Origin: Candidatus Methylomirabilis oxygeniifera
GTDB taxonomy: Bacteria; Methylomirabilota; Methylomirabilia; Methylomirabilales; Methylomirabilaceae
Direction of reading: 5' to 3'
Length of the DNA: 32,000 bases
Assembly: GCA_000091165.1 (NCBI GenBank)
Contig: FP565575.1
Coordinates: 2,580,001-2,612,000 of the forward strand
Positions 24,735 through 32,000 of this stretch are shown in pieces. Positions within the stretch are counted from its first letter, which is position 1. Every line of letters starts with the position of its first letter. Under the pieces are notes generated by a model. It saw nothing but the letters and a program-made list of their open reading frames with translations. It had not been told where the DNA came from and did no database searches. A program made the position numbers and the translations under genes.

Positions 24735-25802
24735 CTTTTGTGCCCGCTGGACCATCTGGGTCAGTTCGTCGGGCAATGAGCTCCTGAATATCGCCTCATC
24801 CAGCGTGATGCTCCGTTTCAAATAATGTCCAAGGAGCGACTGGTTCATCGTCTGCATCCCGAATTTCTCCTGGCCGGTTTGCATGGCGGAATAGATCTGG
24901 TGGATCTTGTCTTCCCGGATCAGATTGCGGATCGCAGGATTCGGGATCATGATCTCCAGCGCCAACACGCGCCCCTGGCCATTGCTCTTTAGGATAAGCG
25001 CCTGGCAGAGTACCCCCTCCAGAACGAAGGAGAGCTGGGCGCGTATTTGCGGCTGCTGATACGATGGAAAGACGTCGATAATGCGGTGAATGGTTTCCAC
25101 CGCTGAGTTGGTATGCAGCGTCGCAAACGTCAGATGCCCGGTCTCCGCGATGGTGAGGGCCGCAGCAATCGTTTCCTGATCGCGCATCTCCCCGATGAGC
25201 ACCTTGTCGGGATCCTGCCTCAGGATTCTTCTCAGCGCCTCCGCGAATGACTTGGTGTCGGAGTGAACCTCGCGCTGGTTGACGATGCAACTCTTATGCG
25301 GGTGCAGGAATTCGATGGGATCTTCGATGGTCACGATATGCTCATGGTGCTCGGAGTTGATCTTGTCAATCATAGTGGCCAGCGTGGTTGATTTTCCCGA
25401 ACCGGTCGGTCCGGTGACGAGGATCAGTCCCTTCGGCTTCTCGCAGAGATCGGCGACAACCTTCGGCAGACCTAACTCCTCGAAGGCGTGAATCGTGTAC
25501 GGGATGGCCCGGATCGCCATCCCTACGGCTCCCCGCTGCATATAGACATTGGCGCGGAACCTACTCACATCCTTGATTCCGAAGGACAAGTCGAGTTCTT
25601 GTGTTTCTTCAAACTGCCGCTTCTGGGCGTCGGTCAGTACGCTATAGGCCAGGCGTTTTGTTTCCGTCGGAACCAGCGGTGGCACATCCCCGAGAGGCGA
25701 GATCAGGCCGTGCAGGCGCAACATCGGTGGGATGCCGGCGGTCAGGTGAAGATCGGAGGCGCCGCGCTCAACAACCTCCTTCAACATCTCGTGCAGGTCC
25801 AT
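24723..25802 (-). CDS. pilT: Twitching motility retraction ATPase PilT
   Basis: MLKEVVERGASDLHLTAGIPPMLRLHG, GPTGSGKSTTLATMID, GEMRDQETIAAALTIAETGHLTFATLHTNSA. Confidence 0.96.
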   Translation of the reverse strand: MDLHEMLKEVVERGASDLHLTAGIPPMLRLHGLISPLGDVPPLVPTETKRLAYSVLTDAQKRQFEETQELDLSFGIKDVSRFRANVYMQRGAVGMAIRAIPYTIHAFEELGLPKVVADLCEKPKGLILVTGPTGSGKSTTLATMIDKINSEHHEHIVTIEDPIEFLHPHKSCIVNQREVHSDTKSFAEALRRILRQDPDKVLIGEMRDQETIAAALTIAETGHLTFATLHTNSAVETIHRIIDVFPSYQQPQIRAQLSFVLEGVLCQALILKSNGQGRVLALEIMIPNPAIRNLIREDKIHQIYSAMQTGQEKFGMQTMNQSLLGHYLKRSITLDEAIFRSSLPDELTQMVQRAQKARV

Positions 25803-25853
25803 ACTTACCTCCTATCGAGATGTGGGGAAGCAAGATCAGTGCCACGTGTTATT

Positions 25854-25910
25854 GGCTATCAGTGGTCAGCAGCGAGCCGAGAAGCTGACAGCTAATAGCT
25901 GATCGCTGCC
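25854..25910. repeat. 7-nt tandem repeat, AGCTGAC-like class, one 1-nt register slip
   Basis: GGCTATC AGTGGTC AGCAGCG AGCCGAG a AGCTGAC AGCTAAT AGCTGAT CGCTGCC. Confidence 0.85.
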
Positions 25911-25911
25911 G

Positions 25912-27609
25912 TTAAAAGAGACTGGTGACCCGAACAACCTCTTCGACGGTCGTGACGCCTTCCCGAATCTTTTGCAAACCGCTCTCCCTCAGACTCCTCA
26001 TCCCGTACTTCTCCTGAAGCGTACGGAGCTCACCGACGGAAGCGCCATTCAGGATAGCCTCACGCATCTGTTCATTGAGCAGCACCACCTCATAGAGGCC
26101 GATCCTGCCGCGATAGCCGGTATCACGACAGGCGATACACCCCTTCCCCCGATAGCAGGTCACACTCTTTACCTCCTGCAGGCTGAACCCGATATCCTCC
26201 AGGGTGGAGCTGGGAATCGAGACCTCTGTCCGGCATTCCGCGCAGAGCCGCCGGACCAGACGCTGGGCGAGCAGCAGGTTGAGCGAGGCGCTCACCAGGT
26301 ACGCCGGCACACCCATGCTGATCAGCCGTCCCACTGTACTGAGTGCGTCGTTGGTATGGACCGTACTGAGCACCAGGTGGCCGGTCAGGGCGGCCTTAAT
26401 GGCAATCTCTGCTGTGTCGAAATCGCGGATCTCTCCCACCATAATGATGTCCGGGTCTTGCCGGAGGAATGACCGGAGTAAGGCCGCAAAGGTCAGACCG
26501 ATATCCGACTTGACTTGAGCCTGATTGATCCCGGTCAAGTTGTACTCGATCGGGTCTTCCGCGGTCATGATATTCGTGCCGATACGGTTCAGCCGGTTGA
26601 GCGCCGAATAGAGCGTCGTCGTCTTCCCGCTTCCGGTCGGGCCGGTTACCAGGATCATGCCATACGGGGCGAGGATGGCCTTCTCGAACATGGCGAGCGC
26701 CTCAGGCTCGAACCCGAGCTTAGCCATATCCAATTCGAGGTTCGCGCGGTCCAGGAGTCGCATGACCACCTTCTCGCCGAACAGCGTCGGAACTGTAGAG
26801 ACCCGGAGGTCCAGCTCACGCTCTCGCATCTTGACCTTGATCCGCCCATCCTGCGGCATGCGACGTTCGGCAATGTCCAGTCGAGCCATAATCTTGACGC
26901 GGGACGTCACCGCGGCGTGCAGCGTAAGAGGTGGAGCCATCACCTCATAGAGGACGCCATCGAGCCTGAAGCGAATCCGAAATGCCTTCTCGTACGGCTC
27001 CAGGTGAATATCCGAGGCGCCTTTGTTGATGGCGTCGGTCAGGATGAGATTGACCAGCTTGACCACCGGGGCCTCTTCGGTGGCTCGATAAAGCTCGGCC
27101 AGATCAACTCCCCCCTGATCCGATTCAGCGATCCCCAGCTCTTTTTGCTCAAAGTCTCTGACCAGGCTTCTGGCAAAACCGGCCGTTTCGTAGTACCTGT
27201 TGAGCGCATTCTGGATAGACGTATCCGGAGCGACCATTGGTTGTATGTTGTGACCGGTAATGAATCTGACTTCGTCGATGGCAAAGATATCGGACGGATC
27301 CGCCATAGCCACCGTGAGGGCGCCTCCAGACCGGCCTAGAGGGATGAGCAGGTACTTCCGAGCGACTTCGGCAGGAACGAGCTTGAGGATGGCAGGGTCG
27401 ATCGTCGCCTTGCTGAGATCAACGGGCGGTACGCCATATTGACGCCCCAGAAAGGATGCGATGTCCTCCTCACTGACATATCCGAGCTTAACGAGAGTCG
27501 ATCCGATCCGTCCGCCGGCACTCTTTTGCAATGCAAGGGCGTCATCCAACTGCTCGGACGTGATCAGGCCGGCCCTTACCAGCATCTCGCCCAATCGTCC
27601 AGATGACAT
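25912..27609 (-). CDS. pilB: Type IV pilus assembly ATPase PilB
   Basis: MshEN-type N-terminus; GPTGSGKTTTLYSALNRLN, DPIEYNLTGINQAQV, Cys4 motif CAEC...CIAC. Confidence 0.95.
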   Translation of the reverse strand: MSSGRLGEMLVRAGLITSEQLDDALALQKSAGGRIGSTLVKLGYVSEEDIASFLGRQYGVPPVDLSKATIDPAILKLVPAEVARKYLLIPLGRSGGALTVAMADPSDIFAIDEVRFITGHNIQPMVAPDTSIQNALNRYYETAGFARSLVRDFEQKELGIAESDQGGVDLAELYRATEEAPVVKLVNLILTDAINKGASDIHLEPYEKAFRIRFRLDGVLYEVMAPPLTLHAAVTSRVKIMARLDIAERRMPQDGRIKVKMRERELDLRVSTVPTLFGEKVVMRLLDRANLELDMAKLGFEPEALAMFEKAILAPYGMILVTGPTGSGKTTTLYSALNRLNRIGTNIMTAEDPIEYNLTGINQAQVKSDIGLTFAALLRSFLRQDPDIIMVGEIRDFDTAEIAIKAALTGHLVLSTVHTNDALSTVGRLISMGVPAYLVSASLNLLLAQRLVRRLCAECRTEVSIPSSTLEDIGFSLQEVKSVTCYRGKGCIACRDTGYRGRIGLYEVVLLNEQMREAILNGASVGELRTLQEKYGMRSLRESGLQKIREGVTTVEEVVRVTSLF

Positions 27610-27702
27610 GCACCTACCCTTTCTTAACGTGTCTACGGCTGGCGCGTTACGGCCACAACGAACTTTTATATTAGAACGTTAGCATACCATACCTCGAAGA
27701 AC

Positions 27703-28560
27703 TCAGGCAATTGCAGTGACGAGGGCGTGCCGCATAGCCGCCTCCGAAGGTTTGTGCCCGGTCCACAGTTCGAAGGCCAAAGCGCCCTGATAGAGCAACA
27801 TCCCCAACCCACCTATGACCCGACAGCCTCGCCTCTTCGCCTCTCGTAGTAATGCGGTCTCCTGTGGCCGGTAGATCAGATCGTACACCAACGCTCTCGG
27901 CTGAAGGATGTTCGGGTCGATTGGCGGAGGATCTGAAGGGTTGAGGCCAACCGATGTGGTATTGACCACCAAAGCACAGTCTCTTACGATAGCCGGCATC
28001 TGAGGATCGTCAATCGCCAGTCCGGTGGTTGAGGTTCCGATGTTCCGATATACGAACTCGGCCAGCGACCGCGCGCGCGGAGCCGTTCGGTTGACGATGA
28101 CGATCGGTTCGGCGCCGGCTTCCGCTAAGCTCCAGGCCACGGCCCGCGCTGCCCCGCCTGCTCCAAGGATCACAGAAGGCTTGCCGCGCGGCAGAAAATT
28201 CGCCTCCTCATGGAGTGAACGGAGAAACCCCAGCCCGTCAGTATTGGCGCCGAGCAGATGTCCGTCTCTGGCTACGACCGTATTGACTGCGCCCACAGCG
28301 GTGGCTTCTGGAGTCAGGGTGTCGACCAGCGCGAAGGCCTGCTCCTTATGGGGAACTGTAACATTTGCGCCCCCGAAATTTTCCATCCCGCGAAGCGACT
28401 CGAATGCGGCGGGTAAGCCGGCGGATTGCACCCGCCATGGAATATAGAGGCCATCGATTCCGGCTGCCTGGAGCGCGGCATTCTGCATGACCGGCGACAG
28501 GCTATGCGCCACAGGATCGCCGAAGAGGATAAACAGCTTTGCTGCAGCCGTAAACTTCAT
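27703..28560 (-). CDS. aroE: Shikimate dehydrogenase
   Basis: LFGDPVAHSLSPVMQNAAL, NVTVPHK, TDGLGF, GAGGAARAVAWSL. Confidence 0.95.
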   Translation of the reverse strand: MKFTAAAKLFILFGDPVAHSLSPVMQNAALQAAGIDGLYIPWRVQSAGLPAAFESLRGMENFGGANVTVPHKEQAFALVDTLTPEATAVGAVNTVVARDGHLLGANTDGLGFLRSLHEEANFLPRGKPSVILGAGGAARAVAWSLAEAGAEPIVIVNRTAPRARSLAEFVYRNIGTSTTGLAIDDPQMPAIVRDCALVVNTTSVGLNPSDPPPIDPNILQPRALVYDLIYRPQETALLREAKRRGCRVIGGLGMLLYQGALAFELWTGHKPSEAAMRHALVTAIA

Positions 28561-28573
28561 TTGTAATTACTCA

Positions 28574-28683
28574 GGTAGATAGACTGTAGGCTGTTAGTGC
28601 GTCGTATTCGGAAAATGCCTGGTGCGTTCCTACAGCCTAACAGCCTACAGTCTAATCCCCTACAGCTACAGTCTATCTGCCTA
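28574..28683. repeat. Heptad repeat with 18-bp palindrome and a second arm copy, TAGGCTG/CAGCCTA class
   Basis: TAGACTGTAGGCTGTTAG (28580-28597) / CTAACAGCCTACAGTCTA (28637-28654) perfect; CTACAGTCTATCTGCCT (28667-28683) is a near-perfect complement of AGGTAGATAGACTGTAG. Confidence 0.9.
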
Positions 28684-31479
28684 ATTGAATCCCTCCGCGA
28701 GCACGCGCTCCAACTCGATCCCGATCTGTGCCCTTCGCCCTTCATCAATCAGCTTGCTCCCGTCCTTATTGGTTACATAGAAGACGTCTACCACCTGCTC
28801 GGCCTCAGTCGTGATCTTCGCAGAGCGTATATCGACCTCAAGCTGCGATAGGGTGCTGGTGATGAGGTAGAGAAGCCCCAATCTGTCCCGTGTCCGAATA
28901 TCCAGAACGGTATAGGCTTGGGAGACCAGGTTGTCAAATTCTACCTTGATCGGGAAGACTGTACCCTGCTGAATCGGCCTGACCAGGACCTCCTTCCTAC
29001 GACTCTTGATCAGGTCGTGAACAGCGACTGTGCCCGTGAGGACCTCTTGCAGATCCGCAACGACCCGATCCCAGACGGCCGGGTCTTCGATGGCTACGCC
29101 GCGGCCGTTGTCGACCCTGAAGTGCCGGATCACCATCCCGCTAGCCAGTGTGAAAATCTGGGCGCTCAGGATATTCATCCCGCTTGCGGTGAGCGTCCCT
29201 ACAACCTGCGCGAACCGCCCGTGGCGGCCACAGGCGCAGACGGTAAACTCGGAATAGCCGGCCAACGGAAACGCCGCCCACTGGCTGGCCGCCTCTTCAC
29301 CCCGTTGTACGCGCGCAATGACGCGCATGTGCGAGGCGATCTTATGGGGTGGAATCGTCAGCAGGTACCGCGTTGGGGCCTCTTGCAGGTGCCTTTTCAC
29401 CGCCTCCGCGCCGAACTCCGGTGAGAGTTCCTGGGTAAGCTGGGAGGTGATCCGTTCGGCGCGAGCCAGATCGTCCTCGCCCTCCGGAATGCCCCGGATG
29501 AGGACGGTATGGGTCTTGATGTACAGTTCCCACAGCAATGTGCCTTTCCACTCGGTCCAGACGCCGGGCCCGACCGCCTTGATGTCGGCGAAGGTGAGCA
29601 GGTACAGCATTTTCAACCGATCGAGCGTCTGCACCTTTTTGGCAAAATCGATGATGATGGCCTCATCGTCCAGGTCCAGGCGTTGAGCGATATGTGACAT
29701 CTCCAGATGACGCGCCACCAGGAAGACAACGGTATCGGCATCCGGCTCAGGGATTCCCATCCGGTGAAGAATTGCCTCAACGATGGAGGCGCTCTTGGAT
29801 GCGTGGTCAGCCCCCTCCCCCTTACCGATATCGTGGAGCAGAAGCGCCAATCGAAGAATTTCCAGCCGCTTCGCATCCGATGCCAGCGAACGAAACTCTT
29901 CGCCGTACAATCGTGACACCTCATCCAGGTGCTCGAGTGTCTCGATGGCCATGAAGGTATGTTCGTCCACGGTGTACCGATGGTAGAAATCGAATTGGAT
30001 CAGACGGGTCAGCTTGGCGAACTCCGGAATATAGGCCCCAAGTACGCCAAGTTCATGCATGCTCCGAAGTGTGGCGGCCACCCCCTTCGGCTCTCGCAGG
30101 ACGGTCAGGAAAAAGCCAAGGGCCCGGCTCGAGCGTCGTACCCCCTCATCGATGAAATGCGTATCGGCCCTGATAGCGTCCTGGATCTCCTGGCTCAACG
30201 TGTACCCCATCTGCTGCGCATACCAGAAAACCTTCAGCAACCGGACGGGGTCATCCTGAAACAGGCCCCGATGTTTTGGCGACACGTATATGCACCGATC
30301 GATTTCTGTTAAATCATCGCCGATATCGCGAGCCTTCAGCCTCCGTATCACCCTCTCCACCTGCGACCTCCCTTGCGTGCAGCGCGAGATCACCTGCGCC
30401 GATAACTGCGAGATATCCTTTGCAGCCAGATAATAGCGCTGCATGAACTGTTCTACCCCGTACGAACGAGCCGTATCCAGAAACCCAAGGTTGGCCGCCA
30501 CCTGCTCTTGCACGGAGAGCGAGAGTACGTCGTTCTTGCCCCGGTGCAGGTAATGAAGTTCATTCCGCAGGCGGAGCACGAAATCCAGGGCCAGGTCCCA
30601 CCGTTCGCGCTCCTCCTGTCCAAGTAGCCCTTTTTGCGCCAATTCAGACGACGTACCGACTCGCTGAGTGATCCTGGCAATACAAAGGGCAGCGTGAAGA
30701 TCTCTCAGGCCGCCGGGACCTTCCTTGATGTGCGGCTCCTGCACATAGATCGATGTGCCGTACCGGTAGTGGCGTTGATGTAACTCCTCGATCTTTTGCT
30801 TGACGAGGGTGTCGGCGTGCTTGTACAAGACCGATCGTCCCAATTTCGCGCTGAACGCCTGATAGATTGCCGGGTCGCCGGCGAGGTGTCGGGCTTCTAT
30901 CATCGAGCTGCAAGAGGGCAGGTCCGTTCGAGCCATCCGTACACAGTCATCAATAGAGCGGCAACAATGTCCTACGACGAACCCCACGTCCCAGAGAGTA
31001 CTCAACACCGGATGGAGGATCGTGTCCAGATAGGTATCGGCCCTTCGGGGGTACACAAACATAAGATCGACGTCGGAGGCCGGATTCATCTCCCGCCGGC
31101 CATAGCCGCCCAGAGCGATCAGCGCGCACCCGTCGCTGCGCCGCCTCAACGTCGGATCACAGGCTGTTTCTGACAGTTGAAAGAGTGAGGTGACGACCGC
31201 ATCAGTAAGTGTGGCGATGGATCGAACTACCGCCTGCCCGGTTCCCCCATTCCGATGGATCTCAAGAATCCGGGCCCGCTCATCGGCGATGAACCCTCTG
31301 AGGACCGAAATGAGACCGTTGGCCGCATGGCCGCCTTGCAGCAGGGAGTGCAGAGTGCCGGCCAGCGTTGAACACTCTACGGAGGCCGTGGGCGTATCGC
31401 CGGTAGGACTCGCGGCATTCGCCCCTCGGTGTCGCAGCAATGCGAAACGGCCCTTTGTGATGACCTGAAATCGTTTCAT
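28681..31479 (-). CDS. glnD: [Protein-PII] uridylyltransferase / uridylyl-removing enzyme
   Basis: GGYGRREMNPASDVDLMFVYP nucleotidyltransferase motif, HD domain (LLHDIGKGEGADH), two C-terminal ACT domains. Confidence 0.95.
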   Translation of the reverse strand: MKRFQVITKGRFALLRHRGANAASPTGDTPTASVECSTLAGTLHSLLQGGHAANGLISVLRGFIADERARILEIHRNGGTGQAVVRSIATLTDAVVTSLFQLSETACDPTLRRRSDGCALIALGGYGRREMNPASDVDLMFVYPRRADTYLDTILHPVLSTLWDVGFVVGHCCRSIDDCVRMARTDLPSCSSMIEARHLAGDPAIYQAFSAKLGRSVLYKHADTLVKQKIEELHQRHYRYGTSIYVQEPHIKEGPGGLRDLHAALCIARITQRVGTSSELAQKGLLGQEERERWDLALDFVLRLRNELHYLHRGKNDVLSLSVQEQVAANLGFLDTARSYGVEQFMQRYYLAAKDISQLSAQVISRCTQGRSQVERVIRRLKARDIGDDLTEIDRCIYVSPKHRGLFQDDPVRLLKVFWYAQQMGYTLSQEIQDAIRADTHFIDEGVRRSSRALGFFLTVLREPKGVAATLRSMHELGVLGAYIPEFAKLTRLIQFDFYHRYTVDEHTFMAIETLEHLDEVSRLYGEEFRSLASDAKRLEILRLALLLHDIGKGEGADHASKSASIVEAILHRMGIPEPDADTVVFLVARHLEMSHIAQRLDLDDEAIIIDFAKKVQTLDRLKMLYLLTFADIKAVGPGVWTEWKGTLLWELYIKTHTVLIRGIPEGEDDLARAERITSQLTQELSPEFGAEAVKRHLQEAPTRYLLTIPPHKIASHMRVIARVQRGEEAASQWAAFPLAGYSEFTVCACGRHGRFAQVVGTLTASGMNILSAQIFTLASGMVIRHFRVDNGRGVAIEDPAVWDRVVADLQEVLTGTVAVHDLIKSRRKEVLVRPIQQGTVFPIKVEFDNLVSQAYTVLDIRTRDRLGLLYLITSTLSQLEVDIRSAKITTEAEQVVDVFYVTNKDGSKLIDEGRRAQIGIELERVLAEGFN

Positions 31480-31494
31480 TGTCAATCCGTACTG

Positions 31495-31571
31495 GCGTTC
31501 TGAGCGTCGAATTGCGAGTTTTGTGTTTCGAGTTCTTCACTCAACACTCAACACTTGCAGTCTGCTGTTAG
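31495..31571. repeat. 7-nt tandem repeat with orientation switch, GAGTTTC class
   Basis: GCGTTCT GAGCGTC GAATTGC GAGTTTT GTGTTTC GAGTTCT | TCACTCA ACACTCA ACACTTG CAGTCTG CTGTTAG. Confidence 0.85.
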
Positions 31572-31611
31572 TATAGGCGGGCCTGCCGGACAGGGTCAAG
31601 GTGTATGTAAA

Positions 31612-31639
31612 GCCGTCAGCCATCAGCACTCAGCCGTCA
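31612..31639. repeat. 7-nt tandem repeat, AGCTGAC-like class
   Basis: GCCGTCA GCCATCA GCACTCA GCCGTCA. Confidence 0.8.
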
Positions 31640-31835
31640 ACTCCGGACAAAACCGTGGGCACACCAGAAAAGCTGACAGTTGATAGCTTCCTTATGGGGC
31701 GTAGCCGTGCTAAATTAGGGCTGGCATCAAGAATCCTGGAGCCTATCCTGTGGGTTCATCAATGCCACTTGGATCATTGCCAACGACGTGATGATGGGCG
31801 AGGCAGTGTAGCGAGGCGCTGGAAAGGGGATAACC

Positions 31836-32000
31836 ATGCTGGGGTTTCAGCTTGCGATTACCTTCCACCTTGTAGGGATTATTTTCTGGCTTGGCGGCTT
31901 GAGCGCCAGACTGGTCCTCCTCGCCTCTGCCCAGTCCGGCACCGAGGCGGGATGGCGATCCCAACTCTGCCGGCTCCAGCGAAAGATTCACTTGATGATG
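31836..32000 (+). CDS. 5' end of a hydrophobic membrane protein gene (continues beyond window)
   Basis: ATG 31836 with AAAGGGGA upstream; MLGFQLAITFHLVGIIFWLGGLSARLVLLASAQSGTEAGWRSQLCRLQRKIHLMM; open to the window end. Confidence 0.6.
   Translation, partial: MLGFQLAITFHLVGIIFWLGGLSARLVLLASAQSGTEAGWRSQLCRLQRKIHLMM

Noticed and set aside
27610-27702. Possible promoter for pilB
   Set aside because: A TAATAT-like -10 is seen on the minus strand but no acceptable -35 at 16-18 nt; too weak to list.
1225-31690. Possible CRISPR arrays
   Set aside because: No constant repeat of 23-40 nt with unique spacers and no cas genes; units are 7 nt and contiguous.
1-32000. tRNA or rRNA genes
   Set aside because: No TpsiC-loop GTTCRAATC with matching acceptor stem seen on reading both strands; tRNAscan-SE would confirm.

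Overview
The window is chromosomal, housekeeping-type DNA. It looks like a complete set of co-oriented gene blocks from a GC-rich Gram-negative-type bacterium. An NC10/Methylomirabilota-like origin is my impression only and is untested. Plus strand, 1-10.1 kb: aspS (3' part), phoH, a PgpH-like HD protein lacking the usual extracellular domain, ybeY, dgkA-like, era, recO, a zinc alcohol dehydrogenase and a monocistronic radical-SAM protein. Minus strand, 31.5-10.2 kb: glnD, aroE, then a Geobacter-like type IV pilus order pilB-pilT-pilC-pilS-pilR-pilA plus four minor-pilin-like genes and pilD, two glycosyltransferases, xerD and a Tim44-domain protein. A truncated plus-strand membrane ORF begins at 31836. 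The window contains no CRISPR, tRNA, rRNA, prophage or obvious defence cassette that I can support. The most unusual signal is non-coding. At least 12 spacers hold degenerate tandem repeats with a strict 7-nt period. They fall into four sequence classes (TAGGGTG, AGCTGAC-like, TAGGCTG/CAGCCTA, GTTTCGG/GAGTTTC), several change orientation to form hairpins with arms up to 18 bp, and many abut or supply stop codons. Other notable signals are a sigma-54-type promoter upstream of pilA, a consensus sigma-70 promoter and terminator around the radical-SAM gene, and two dispersed-repeat-like palindromic elements.
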